Positions 51,915-61,019 of a stretch of 64,000 nt of DNA are shown here, in pieces. Below the pieces are notes generated by a model, which worked only from the letters and a program-made list of their open reading frames with translations, made no database searches and was not told the origin of the DNA. This stretch comes from Nitrososphaera sp. (lineage in GTDB: Archaea; Thermoproteota; Nitrososphaeria; Nitrososphaerales; Nitrososphaeraceae): positions 5,303 to 69,302 of the forward strand of contig NZ_JACAEH010000012.1 of the NCBI RefSeq assembly GCF_013388945.1. Direction: 5' to 3'. How positions within the stretch are numbered: position 1 is the stretch's first letter; the number at the start of each line of letters is the position of its first letter. Position numbers and translations under genes: made by a program.

Positions 51915-52595
51915 ATGAGGAGTCACATCATCATTGCGCTAGCCATAGCCGCGGGTGCCGTACTTGCCGCAAGCACGGTCACTGCAGTCATGGCAGCGCA
52001 GGGACAAAGCACGGCCATGACTGTGGGCGAAAACCGCAAGTTCATGGACTACAAAGACGGGGTATTCAAGGTCAGGGCAGGGGCCGGCGGGCCGACTGCG
52101 CCGCTCACGGCGTTCTTCCCGCAGACGGCGCACATAAAGGCAGGCGAGACCGTCGTCTGGTACAACCCAAGCAACATCGCAGAGCCGCACACAGTCACGT
52201 TCGTGTTTGACGAGGCCCAGTGGGCAAACTTTGAGACAGCGTACGTTGCAAAGAACGTCGAAGGGTTCGAGCCGCTGACGCCGGGCGAAAACGCAGAACC
52301 CGTAACGCTGCCGGGTCCTGACGGCCAGACCGTGATAGTCGCTGCAAACGCAAGGTCAATCAGCGCGGCGGTCGTGTCATCAGACGGGACGGCGACCTAT
52401 CTGCCCCCCAACGGCGACTATACGCTTGACGGCACAGAAAAGTACGTCAACTCGGGCTTTATCTGGCCGGAAGGCATGACCCCGCCGGGCTTCCCGGAGA
52501 TAAGCACCTTCAGCGCCAAGTTCGAGGAGCAGGGCACCTACAACTACATCTGCGTCCTCCATCCCTGGATGACCGGCGCAGTCGTGGTGGAATAG
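51915..52595 (+). CDS. Secreted blue (type 1) copper protein, plastocyanin-like
   Basis: Signal peptide (MRSHIIIALAIAAGAVLAAS). His ligand in EPHTVTF and C-x2-H-x2-M in YNYICVLHPWMTGAVVV. Confidence 0.85.
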   Translation: MRSHIIIALAIAAGAVLAASTVTAVMAAQGQSTAMTVGENRKFMDYKDGVFKVRAGAGGPTAPLTAFFPQTAHIKAGETVVWYNPSNIAEPHTVTFVFDEAQWANFETAYVAKNVEGFEPLTPGENAEPVTLPGPDGQTVIVAANARSISAAVVSSDGTATYLPPNGDYTLDGTEKYVNSGFIWPEGMTPPGFPEISTFSAKFEEQGTYNYICVLHPWMTGAVVVE

Positions 52596-52649
52596 GGCAA
52601 AAGCCCCTTTCCCTTTTTTTAAAAATATAGAAAAGATGGTGGAAAGCGC

Positions 52650-53036
52650 CTAGCGCTTCTTTGGTCTGGCCTTCCTTTTCTTGCCGGCTGACTTTTTCTT
52701 GCCAGCGCTTCTGGCCTTTGCGACCTGCTTTTGCAGCTGCGCCACCTGCGAGCTGAGCCTCCTTAGCTGCTGGCTCTGCTGCTTTTCGTGCGCGGCAAGC
52801 CCATTCTGCGCCTTTTTCACAGACGCCGCTAGCTGGGCTACCGCCTTGCTCGTCTTTTCTATCTGCTGGGCCTGTTTCTTTATCTTTGAGAGGGCCTGGG
52901 CCGCCATGGCCTCCGCGTTTGTCGGAACTACTTCCGGCAAAGGTGTTGCAGGCTCGCTTGTGGTCGTTTGCTGTGTCGTTTCATAAACGCCGGCTTCAGA
53001 AGCTGCCGGCATCCCCGAGTCCCCTTCTGTAGACAT
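52650..53036 (-). CDS. Coiled-coil protein with highly basic C-terminal tail
   Basis: Gln/Ala/Lys-rich heptad region ending in AGKKKSAGKKRKARPKKR. Confidence 0.55.
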   Translation of the reverse strand: MSTEGDSGMPAASEAGVYETTQQTTTSEPATPLPEVVPTNAEAMAAQALSKIKKQAQQIEKTSKAVAQLAASVKKAQNGLAAHEKQQSQQLRRLSSQVAQLQKQVAKARSAGKKKSAGKKRKARPKKR

Positions 53037-53137
53037 CAGCTTGGGTATGAGGGGCTATCTAAAATCATTTTCCGTCCGGGGCACCAACGGAAATTACGTG
53101 GAGCAAGTCTTTTAACAGCCGGCGCCAATATTACGCC

Positions 53138-53410
53138 GTGCTAGCAGACCAAGACAGGCTGCACCAGCTGAAGGAGGACGCCAAGTGGGCCTCAAGCGTG
53201 GAGGGCCAGATGAGGGCAGTCCGGGAGCTTGGGTCTCTTGGCAGGGACGCGCTCCCTGTTCTCGAGGAGGTCCTGCAGGTAAGCGTCAGGGACGAGATAA
53301 AGCAGTGCTGTGTAGAGGCTATCAAAAACTTGGGCAGGGAAAGCAGGCCCCAGAACAGCAGGGCGCCGAGGCCAAAAAAGGCGCGCAGAAAAGCCAGGTC
53401 ACCTAGGTAG
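53138..53410 (+). CDS. Small HEAT-repeat-like protein with basic C-terminal tail
   Basis: VEGQMRAVRELGSLGRDALPVLEEVL...CCVEAIKNLG (PBS-lyase HEAT-like) ending in RAPRPKKARRKARSPR. Confidence 0.55.
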   Translation: MLADQDRLHQLKEDAKWASSVEGQMRAVRELGSLGRDALPVLEEVLQVSVRDEIKQCCVEAIKNLGRESRPQNSRAPRPKKARRKARSPR

Positions 53411-55639
53411 AGGCTCCACGGGCTCCGGGTACGGTATGACGCCTCCAGTGCTTCCGACTTGCAGCTCGTTTATTGCTGCAAGCGTGTTTATGTCGTTCAT
53501 CTTCAGCATGTTTCCAAGCGACAGCGTGTACAGGACGTCGCCGATGTAAAACGACCTGCTTCCCTGTATGCCGTAATAGTAGTAGTCGCCTGAAGTGGAG
53601 TGCTCTACGGTGCCTTTCAGCGTAAAGCCGGCGTCGGGGCTTGTGCCAAAGACGTAGAACCCGCGCCAGACCTTTGGCTGGATGTACCTGTCGCCCTCGG
53701 TTGACACCTCGTCGTACGAGGTTACCGGTATTGAAAGCACGTCTTTTTCCCTGTCAAACAGGAGCGCCTTGTGGTCCCAGAGCACTTCAGAGTCGGTGCC
53801 GGCGTTGCCTATCAAATAGTCGTCCACAAGCCGCGGGTTTGCGACGTCTGACACGTCAAACAGTGCGACTTTGACGCCTGTCGTCTGGACCCCGCCAAAC
53901 TCGTTTTCTTTCGTGTCCTTGCCAATCCCTATGATATGGTCCTCGTCGTACGGGTGCAGGTAGCTTGAATACCCCGGCAGCTTTAGCTCGCCAAGTATCT
54001 TTGGCTGGTCGGTAGACAGGTCTATCACAAAGAACGGGTCTATGCGCTGGAACGTCACGAGGTAGAGCCTGTCGCCGATAAAGCGCGCCGAGTATATCGA
54101 CTCGTCGGGCGCTATCTGTTCCAGCTTGCCCACCACCTGCATGCCTGCGTCAAGCACGTAGACGTTGTTGTAGAGGCCCGAGGTATAGCGCGAGTAGTAT
54201 TCCACAGTCGTTGCAACCCTGAACCTGTCGCCCCGCTCGTCCATCGAGAACTGGTTCAAGAGCCTGCCAGGAACTTCCCCTCTTGCAGAGTAGCTTATCT
54301 CGCCGGCAGAGCCTATCGCGATCTTGTGAAGGACCGTCCTGTGCGACTCTTTCTGCACACGCTCGTCATAGTCTGAAAGCGCCTTCTGCACCCTGTCTAT
54401 GAACGCCGCCTTTTCCTGCTCGCCCATGCGATTGTACATGTCCTGTATCACGGTGGCTATCCTGTCCCACTTTTGCGACTCGCCAAGCGACTGGTCGGAG
54501 TCAATCGACCTTATCTGCTCCTGCACGTCCTGCGGCAGGAGCGGCATTATTGCTTCAAAGAAGCGCTCGCGGTTTGCCACATCGTAGTAGGGCAGGTATT
54601 TCTGGTAGGCGATGTAGATGTTGTTCTCCGACACGTACAGCGTCGACGCGGGGTTCATCATGAAGGTCTGCGAGTTGATGGCGTCGTCTGCGCTCTTGAT
54701 GTTGACGGAGGTCACTGTGTTAAAGTTGTAGTACGGCTCGGGGTTGTCAAAGTAGTAGATATCAGGCATGACTACAGTTGCGCCTGCTTCTGCAACCTTT
54801 GGCAAAAGCGGCTGGCGGTAGTTGTAAAGGTCGCTTGTAGTCACGAGATACACGTAGTCGCCTATCATCCGGGCGTTCGAGTACGCGCCTGTGACGACGT
54901 AGTTCTTGGAGACCCGGGGGTCTGACCGGTCAGCCACGTCAAGTATCAGGACATGGGTCTTTGGCGTGTAGACTGGCTGCGGGATGATGTCGTACTGCGG
55001 GATGATATCTTCCTGCGCGTACTCTTGGTAGAACACCACAAGCGTGTCGCCGTTCAGGAACATGTTCTGCAGGTACTGGCCCTGCTGGATGTCAAGGCCG
55101 ACCTTTGCGACCACCTTTGCGGACTCTGCAGGATAGACTTCTGCAATGGTCAACCTGTCGCCTGACAGGATGTAGGCGTACTTGCCGTCGTTTTTGACAA
55201 AGTCCGGCTCGTCGACCCCTGCGACCTGGACGTTGGTGGTAGAGTAGTCCTGCACTTCAGAGCTTTGAGTGACAGCCCCGGTAGGTGCCTCTGGAGCCAT
55301 GGTAGGCCCCTGGGTCTTTTGCGAGTCGCCATCTGTCAGAGTAACTGTCATTCTCTCGAAAGCGGCCCCTCCTGACAGGGTAAGGAGCGCCTCGCGGCTT
55401 CCCTCGATGCTTGCAAGAAACGTGGTAAGCTCTTGCACAGAGGAGAACTTTTTCAGCTCCTGCGTGCCAGCCGAGACAAACGTTATCGGGCCTGTCGGGC
55501 CCGAGGGGCCGCCCGTAGTGGTCACCCTGTCGACGGGTATGTTACTGCTGATTGAACTCAAGATAAGCACAAAGCCTACCGCCGCCGCGATGCCCACGCC
55601 GGCCATGCCGTACATCGGGAACTTTGCCATCCTCTCCAC
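53399..55639 (-). CDS. Secreted beta-propeller-domain protein (Beta_propel family)
   Basis: N-terminal TM/signal sequence. Conserved blocks: YVSENNIYIAY, RFRVATT, NNVYVLD, RFIGDRLYLVTFQRIDPFFVIDLS, LKLPGYSSYLHPYDEDHIIGIG, ALLFD. Confidence 0.8.
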   Translation of the reverse strand: MERMAKFPMYGMAGVGIAAAVGFVLILSSISSNIPVDRVTTTGGPSGPTGPITFVSAGTQELKKFSSVQELTTFLASIEGSREALLTLSGGAAFERMTVTLTDGDSQKTQGPTMAPEAPTGAVTQSSEVQDYSTTNVQVAGVDEPDFVKNDGKYAYILSGDRLTIAEVYPAESAKVVAKVGLDIQQGQYLQNMFLNGDTLVVFYQEYAQEDIIPQYDIIPQPVYTPKTHVLILDVADRSDPRVSKNYVVTGAYSNARMIGDYVYLVTTSDLYNYRQPLLPKVAEAGATVVMPDIYYFDNPEPYYNFNTVTSVNIKSADDAINSQTFMMNPASTLYVSENNIYIAYQKYLPYYDVANRERFFEAIMPLLPQDVQEQIRSIDSDQSLGESQKWDRIATVIQDMYNRMGEQEKAAFIDRVQKALSDYDERVQKESHRTVLHKIAIGSAGEISYSARGEVPGRLLNQFSMDERGDRFRVATTVEYYSRYTSGLYNNVYVLDAGMQVVGKLEQIAPDESIYSARFIGDRLYLVTFQRIDPFFVIDLSTDQPKILGELKLPGYSSYLHPYDEDHIIGIGKDTKENEFGGVQTTGVKVALFDVSDVANPRLVDDYLIGNAGTDSEVLWDHKALLFDREKDVLSIPVTSYDEVSTEGDRYIQPKVWRGFYVFGTSPDAGFTLKGTVEHSTSGDYYYYGIQGSRSFYIGDVLYTLSLGNMLKMNDINTLAAINELQVGSTGGVIPYPEPVEPLPR

Positions 55640-55935
55640 TGACTCCTACTGGTCTTATTAACCAGACTTGCTATCTTAATCCTACACTTTAGAACAGCGC
55701 TTTTTGCGCCTCCGTTTCAGCGTTCCGGGCATAGTTCGACATCTGCCGTATTATTGTGCTTCCAGGGCCCCTTGCCCGGCCTGGTTTTGTAATTATTGCA
55801 ATCCAGATTATAATTTCTATAAAACAAATGCTCGCCAACTGCCGAAAAAACAGCCGTTCTGGAACGTAGAACACATTTCCGGGATGCGTTCTGAAACCTA
55901 GGCTTAGGTAGGCACCCTGCATACTATATGGCGTC

Positions 55936-56736
55936 ATGTCAGACCAGAACATGAACAGACGCAACTTTGCGCTGATTGCAGGGATACTTGCAATCGGCCT
56001 CGTGGCAGCCACCATAGTTGGCGGCCAATCAATGGCTGCTGCTGCACAACAGCAGCAAGAACAGAACAGCACCGAACATCCGACTGTCAGCACCAACGGC
56101 TCGGCAAGCGTGGACGTCCAGCCTGACAAAGTCAGCGTGACTGTAGGCGTCGAGACCGACGGCAAGACCGCGGCAGAGGCAGCGGCGGCAAACGCCGACC
56201 TCATGGAGAAGGTCCTGGCGGCACTTAGGGAACTTGGGGTAACAGACGAGCAGATGTCAACAAGCAACTACAGCGTCTACCCAATATACAACACGACAAA
56301 GCCCGAAGTGTGCATCATGATCTACCCGCCACCGCCGGAATGCCTTCCAAGGGACGAGATAGTGGGCTACAAGGCAAGCAACTCTGTCACAGTCACGGTG
56401 GATGCAAGCTTTGACGCGGGCAGCGTTATTGACGCGGCAGTCGAGGCAGGCGCGACCAACGTGAACGGAGCGTACTTCTTTGTCTCGCAGGAGAAGCAGC
56501 AGGAGATACGCGACAGCCTAATCAGCCAGGCAATCGCAAACGCAAGGAGCCGCGCGGACAAGGCAGCTGAGGCAGTCGACATGGAAGTGATAGGCGTCAA
56601 GTCGCTAAGCCTCAACGACGTCTACTTCCCGGTCTTCTACAGGGACTTTGCAGCTGAGGCAGCCAGCCCCACCCCGATACTTCCGGGACAGCAGCAGGTC
56701 ACGATGACCGTGCAGGCAGTATTTAACATGGGCTAG
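55936..56736 (+). CDS. SIMPL-domain (DUF541) secreted protein
   Basis: Signal anchor plus a SIMPL-like pattern (pD.v.v..gVet....a.eA......) and GYKASNSVTV. Confidence 0.8.
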   Translation: MSDQNMNRRNFALIAGILAIGLVAATIVGGQSMAAAAQQQQEQNSTEHPTVSTNGSASVDVQPDKVSVTVGVETDGKTAAEAAAANADLMEKVLAALRELGVTDEQMSTSNYSVYPIYNTTKPEVCIMIYPPPPECLPRDEIVGYKASNSVTVTVDASFDAGSVIDAAVEAGATNVNGAYFFVSQEKQQEIRDSLISQAIANARSRADKAAEAVDMEVIGVKSLSLNDVYFPVFYRDFAAEAASPTPILPGQQQVTMTVQAVFNMG

Positions 56737-57025
56737 ACGCCCTCCCCCTCTCTTTTTATCTCATTTCCTTGTAGATGGCAAGCCTCTTTCGCAGCATCGC
56801 GTTTTCCCTGTTGAGGCGGACGACCTCCTCGATAAGCTCCGCCTTGGTCATGCTGGCGTAGGGGGTGTGGCCCGATACAGTCATCGGAATTTCTTGGCGA
56901 TTTTGTAAAAAAGTCACCGACAGCTGACGAGTTTACCTTCTGCTCTAAATTAGCTGATGAACCCATAGTATTGCAATAGAACCGCACTCCTCAATTCTTA
57001 ATACGAAAAACAGGCAAGCCGGCAC

Positions 57026-57217
57026 ATGGGCCTGGTGACGTGGATAGTCATTGGGATCGTCGTACTGGCGATAATCGGTCTTGGGTGGGAGACGTTTTTC
57101 TCCGGCATTGCCCAGGGAGTCGAGAAGCTTGGGCAGAACCCGGTCGTCGAGAACATAGCGAAAGGCGCCAAGAGCATCGGCGACGAGGCAAAGGAAGCCG
57201 TCGAGAACATGAGATAG
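57026..57217 (+). CDS. Small membrane protein
   Basis: 63 aa with one N-terminal TM helix (LVTWIVIGIVVLAIIGLGW) and an acidic helical tail. Confidence 0.45.
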   Translation: MGLVTWIVIGIVVLAIIGLGWETFFSGIAQGVEKLGQNPVVENIAKGAKSIGDEAKEAVENMR

Positions 57218-57248
57218 AGTGATAACGAGGCGGCAACAATGATGGCTG

Positions 57249-57713
57249 TTGGCAGAGATACAGGTCTACTTTGACGGGCTGTGCCAGCCAATAAACCCGG
57301 GAGGCATTGCCTGCTACGCTTTTCTCATAAAAAGCGAGGGAAGGGTCCTCCGCAAAGACAGAGGGCTTGCTGCCGAGCCGTTCTCAAAGGGGGCAACCAA
57401 CAATGTCGCCGAGTACACTGCCCTCATCAGGGCGCTTGAGTGGCTCGTCTCAAACGGAAAAGAGCGCGAGCCTGTCCGCGTGAGGGGAGATTCCAAGCTC
57501 GTGATAAGCCAGATGAGGGGCGAGTTCAAGGTAAAGGCAAAGGCAATCGTTCCGCTGTTTCAAAAGGCGGCGCTCTTGGCAAAAAAGTTTGCAGACATTT
57601 CATTTGGGTGGATCCCGAGGGAAGAAAACCGCGAGGCCGACAAGCTGAGCGAGGAGGCGTACAACAACGCGTTCTTGGACAACCCGCGGCTTTTGGACAG
57701 GATAAAAAAGTAG
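57249..57713 (+). CDS. rnhA: Ribonuclease HI
   Basis: DG...NNVAEYTALIRALEW...GDSKLVISQM...REENREADKLS gives a complete DEDD set. Confidence 0.85.
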   Translation: MAEIQVYFDGLCQPINPGGIACYAFLIKSEGRVLRKDRGLAAEPFSKGATNNVAEYTALIRALEWLVSNGKEREPVRVRGDSKLVISQMRGEFKVKAKAIVPLFQKAALLAKKFADISFGWIPREENREADKLSEEAYNNAFLDNPRLLDRIKK

Positions 57714-57716
57714 GGG

Positions 57717-58289
57717 CTACGCAGAGCCGAGCTCTGCGCCGCCAAAGTACACGCTGAACGACTTGCACCAGATTATGACGTTGTCGTACTTTGACAGGTC
57801 CACCCCGTCAGGCAGCTCGTAGTTCTGGTTGCCGCTGTTTGCCTTGAGCCTTCCAAGGTCGACGTAGTCAGACGCGCCCCTGTCAGTCGACAGGTAGACG
57901 TAGAGGTCCGGCCCGTTAGTCACGCGAAAGTTCTCAAAGCGCAGGACAGCGCTGCCGTCCTCGAGGTACAGCACAGTCGCCTTGCCAGACGCGTTGTGTA
58001 TGCCGTCGCCCGCGCCCTGGAACCCGCCGCTCAGCTCTTTTGTCATGGCGTCATCCATAATCGCGTCGTCGCTCTTGTCCATCATTGCATCGCCGTCTTT
58101 TTCCATCATCGCCTCGTCATCTGCCATCGCGTCATCTTTTTCCATCGACTCAGTACTGCTGTCGCCAGACGTGGCGACAGGCGCCGGCTCGTCTATCATG
58201 GTTTCCGTGAAATACGGCGAGACAGCATAGACCGCGCCAGGCACGACGACTGCAGCCACGATGATTGCTATCAGGATGCTCCTCTTCAT
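57717..58289 (-). CDS. Secreted DM13-domain protein
   Basis: Signal peptide from ATG 58289. C-terminal DM13 pattern (GKATVL...LRFENFRVTNGPDLYVYLS ... VIIWCKSFSVYFGGAEL). Confidence 0.8.
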   Translation of the reverse strand: MKRSILIAIIVAAVVVPGAVYAVSPYFTETMIDEPAPVATSGDSSTESMEKDDAMADDEAMMEKDGDAMMDKSDDAIMDDAMTKELSGGFQGAGDGIHNASGKATVLYLEDGSAVLRFENFRVTNGPDLYVYLSTDRGASDYVDLGRLKANSGNQNYELPDGVDLSKYDNVIIWCKSFSVYFGGAELGSA

Positions 58290-58312
58290 GGGAGCAGAAG
58301 GTCGGATTATTA

Positions 58313-59551
58313 TTAAAACAGTTTTTCCAGATCTTTTCCAGATCTCGTCAGTTTCTCGGCCGCGTCTGCGGCAGCGGTCTGCCCCTTCAGGGTCCTTGAC
58401 ATCGCAAAAGAGCAAAGCGTGATTGCAAGCGCAAAGACAAACACCGACCTTATCCCGAAAAGTTCCGCTATGACGCCGCCTGCAAGCGGCCCTATGATTG
58501 CCCCGATGCTAATCATGGATTCGAGCAGCGCGCTTGAAGTCGCCTTTTCTCCGTTCCGGTCAAGCAAGAAGAGGAGCGAGCCTATGTACAGCGCGCTCCA
58601 CGAGACGCCGAGCATGACCTGTATCGGAAAGGCGTGCAGGTACGTCTGCGATATGAAATACAGCCCAAAGACTACTGCAGAAAGCATGGCTCCAAGCTGT
58701 ATCGACCGGTAATAGTTTGACTGGATGAAATGCCCGAAGCGGTTCATGAACACAAACTGCGTGATGGCGTTTGTTGAGTATATGGCGCCTATGGCAAAGT
58801 CGCCTGCGCCAAGCTCGCTTGCCAAGAAGATTGGAAAGATGCTCCACACCGCGCTTGCCCCAAGCTGGCGCAGGAAAAACGAGGTGTAGACCGTCCTGTT
58901 GTGCCGGAAGAGCTCAAGGGTGGTGCGCAGGTTCGTCACCTTTGCCATCCCCTCCGCCGCAGGCGGCACAGGCTCGTCTGCTTTCATGCGCATCGACACT
59001 ACAAAGCCTGCCAGGAACATGAAGCCGGACAGCGCAAACACGATGTTCGTGTCGCCGCCAAACATCTCTTTCAGGGCGCCGGCCCCAAATGCGCCCATTA
59101 CCCAGCCAAGCGACCCAAACGAGATTATGCCTGCAAGGGCCAGCTTTTTGTGCGTCGCCTCGTACGACTTGGCGATTAGCGCGCCGGCGTAAATGCCTGT
59201 GGCAAGCCCTGCAAACACCCGGATTGCAAAAAGCGACAGCCCGTCGACTGCTGCAAGGTGCAGAAAGAACGCGGCCGCGCACAGCAGATAGCCCAGCCTT
59301 ATCAGCGTGAGCCTGCTTGCAGGACCCTTTCTGTCGTATATCTTGGCAAAGTAAGCGTATGAAAGCGCCTGGGCAAGGCCGTAGCCTGCAACAATAGAGC
59401 CCACAAGGATGTAGGAGTTTGTAAGCATGTTTGCAAAAAGCGACATGAAAGCAGCAGTTGCGCCAATGCCGGCGCTCTCGACCATGTTGAGCGCCTTGAG
59501 CGAGCGTGCAAACGTCAATTGTTGAGCGGATCCACGCAACTCTCTAGCCAC
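58313..59551 (-). CDS. MFS transporter
   Basis: 12 TM helices, with the loop 2-3 motif region (DRKGPASRL). Confidence 0.85.
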   Translation of the reverse strand: MARELRGSAQQLTFARSLKALNMVESAGIGATAAFMSLFANMLTNSYILVGSIVAGYGLAQALSYAYFAKIYDRKGPASRLTLIRLGYLLCAAAFFLHLAAVDGLSLFAIRVFAGLATGIYAGALIAKSYEATHKKLALAGIISFGSLGWVMGAFGAGALKEMFGGDTNIVFALSGFMFLAGFVVSMRMKADEPVPPAAEGMAKVTNLRTTLELFRHNRTVYTSFFLRQLGASAVWSIFPIFLASELGAGDFAIGAIYSTNAITQFVFMNRFGHFIQSNYYRSIQLGAMLSAVVFGLYFISQTYLHAFPIQVMLGVSWSALYIGSLLFLLDRNGEKATSSALLESMISIGAIIGPLAGGVIAELFGIRSVFVFALAITLCSFAMSRTLKGQTAAADAAEKLTRSGKDLEKLF

Positions 59552-59574
59552 TAATATGCTGTGTGCCTGTGAAA

Positions 59575-59592
59575 ACTGACTGGCGAGTCAGT
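59575..59592. promoter_or_regulatory. Inverted repeat ACTGACT-GGCG-AGTCAGT in the MFS/TetR divergent intergenic region (candidate TetR operator)
   Basis: 7-bp perfect arms with a 4-bp spacer, located between divergent MFS and TetR genes. Confidence 0.35.
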
Positions 59593-59647
59593 ATACTTAT
59601 TAACCGCTGTCTCATATCATGACGCGGGACAGGGTGGGGGATCAGGC

Positions 59648-60241
59648 ATGTGTCCAAAGGTAACAGAGCTGCACAAGAGCGAGGTAAGGGGGCGCATAAT
59701 CCGCGCCGCCATGGAGAGCTTTGCCCAGACAGGCTATGACAAGACAAAGATGGACGACATCGCCAAGAGACTGGGCCTGAGCAAGGGCACCCTCTATTTG
59801 TACTTCAAGAGCAAGGAGGACCTCTTTTTCGGGATCTGCGAGCACAGCATGGAGGAGGGCAAGGACGACGACTCGAAGCTGTTTACGAAAAAAGAGAACG
59901 CGGCTTCAGACGCCGAACAGATCTATGACAACATCCGCCGCAGGGAGCGTGGCAACGACAGGATAATCCTCGAGATGGTGGTAGAGTCTGCGAGAAACCC
60001 GCGCCTGCGAAAGGCCATGCACGAGTACCGCCAGAAAGTCCACGACCATGTCCTGCAGGAAATAAAGAAGAAATCAGAAGACGGGTTCATAAGAAAAGAC
60101 GTTGACGTAAATGGAATTGCAGTCGCGCTCGTTGCGCTCTACGACGGCCTTGCCATCAACAGGATGATAGGGATGAGCGACGCCATGAACAAAAGGGCGT
60201 GGGTGGCCATGATAAAGGCCATGATTGCAGGCTCTAGCTAG
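59648..60241 (+). CDS. TetR-family transcriptional regulator
   Basis: TetR_N HTH: IIRAAMESFAQTGYDKTKMDDIAKRLGLSKGTLYLYFKSKEDLF. Confidence 0.9.
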   Translation: MCPKVTELHKSEVRGRIIRAAMESFAQTGYDKTKMDDIAKRLGLSKGTLYLYFKSKEDLFFGICEHSMEEGKDDDSKLFTKKENAASDAEQIYDNIRRRERGNDRIILEMVVESARNPRLRKAMHEYRQKVHDHVLQEIKKKSEDGFIRKDVDVNGIAVALVALYDGLAINRMIGMSDAMNKRAWVAMIKAMIAGSS

Positions 60242-60726
60242 TCGCTGTACGTTACTTTTGTCATCCTTGCCTGCTCCGGGTCCTGCGGCGCGTCGTTTGC
60301 GTCTGTTTTCAGCGCGGCTATCTTGTCAACCACGTCCATGCCGGACTTGACCTTGCCAAACACGGTGTACTGGCCGTCAAGGAAATTCGAGTCCTTTAGA
60401 ACAATAAAGAACTGCGAGCCTGCGCTGTTTGGGTCCATTGCGCGCGCCATAGAGAGCACGCCCCGCGAGTGCGGCTTTTTGTTGAACTCTGCCTTGACGT
60501 TCCAGCCAGGCCCGCCGGTGCCCCACCTGCCCTTGTTGGCAGCGCTCTTGGTCAGCGGGTCGCCTCCCTGTATGACAAACCCGGGAACAATCCTGTGGAA
60601 AAGTGAGCCGTCGAAAAAGCCGGACGACGCAAGCTTTTTGAAGTTCTCCACGTGCTTGGGCGCAACGTCTGGGAAAAACTCGATTTCAATGTCGCCTTGT
60701 TTTGTCTGAATCTTGGCAGTAGGCAT
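60238..60726 (-). CDS. ppiB: Peptidyl-prolyl cis-trans isomerase (cyclophilin type)
   Basis: FHRIVPGFVIQGGDP, SMAR...NSAGSQFFI and the FGKV motif. Start set at ATG 60726. Confidence 0.9.
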   Translation of the reverse strand: MPTAKIQTKQGDIEIEFFPDVAPKHVENFKKLASSGFFDGSLFHRIVPGFVIQGGDPLTKSAANKGRWGTGGPGWNVKAEFNKKPHSRGVLSMARAMDPNSAGSQFFIVLKDSNFLDGQYTVFGKVKSGMDVVDKIAALKTDANDAPQDPEQARMTKVTYSD

Positions 60727-60801
60727 GCGTCTTGTCAGGCAGGGGCGGTATTTGAACCCTTGAGAGGGCAAAGGTCATTTAGCCGGTTCGTCAATTAACT
60801 A

Positions 60802-60957
60802 ATGATGCACGAATACCTCACGCCCATCAGGGAAAGGTACGTTGAATGCAGGTGGTGCGGCAAGAGGACGCCCCACGCGTGCCTGAAGTGCAGCTACTGC
60901 TATTCGTGCCATCCTGTTATAGAGGCTGCCGAGCGTATGCCGGCAAGCGCCGCCTGA
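60802..60957 (+). CDS. Cys-rich mini-protein (51 aa), not in the ORF track
   Basis: MMHEYLTPIRERYVECRWCGKRTPHACLKCSYCYSCHPVIEAAERMPASAA contains seven Cys and two His (CxxC ... CxxCxxCxxCH). Lies 63 nt upstream of the DUF72-DinB gene. Confidence 0.4.
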   Translation: MMHEYLTPIRERYVECRWCGKRTPHACLKCSYCYSCHPVIEAAERMPASAA

Positions 60958-61019
60958 CACCCCCTCCCCCTTCCGTGCTCCTTCTGTTATAAGCAATCGA
61001 GGCAGGAAAGCTTGCGCGC

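Noticed and set aside
55720-55890. Recurrence of TTCCGGGCA/TTCCGGGAT and inverted GTTTCAG in the beta-propeller/SIMPL intergenic region (also CTTCCGGGCAC at ~5770)
   Set aside because: The motifs are short (7-9 nt) and could match by chance in 64 kb. There is no consistent spacing relative to the start codons.
55689-56267. 192-aa minus-strand ORF spanning the beta-propeller/SIMPL intergenic region and the SIMPL 5' end
   Set aside because: Low-complexity Ala/Ser/Cys-rich product antisense to a well-supported SIMPL gene. It has no motif.
56756-56884. 42-codon minus-strand ORF MTVSGHTPYASMTKAELIEEVVRLNRENAMLRKRLAIYKEMR (leucine-zipper-like)
   Set aside because: It is plausible as a small coiled-coil protein in an otherwise empty 290-bp gap. 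I have no motif or conservation evidence, so it is too weak to list as a feature.
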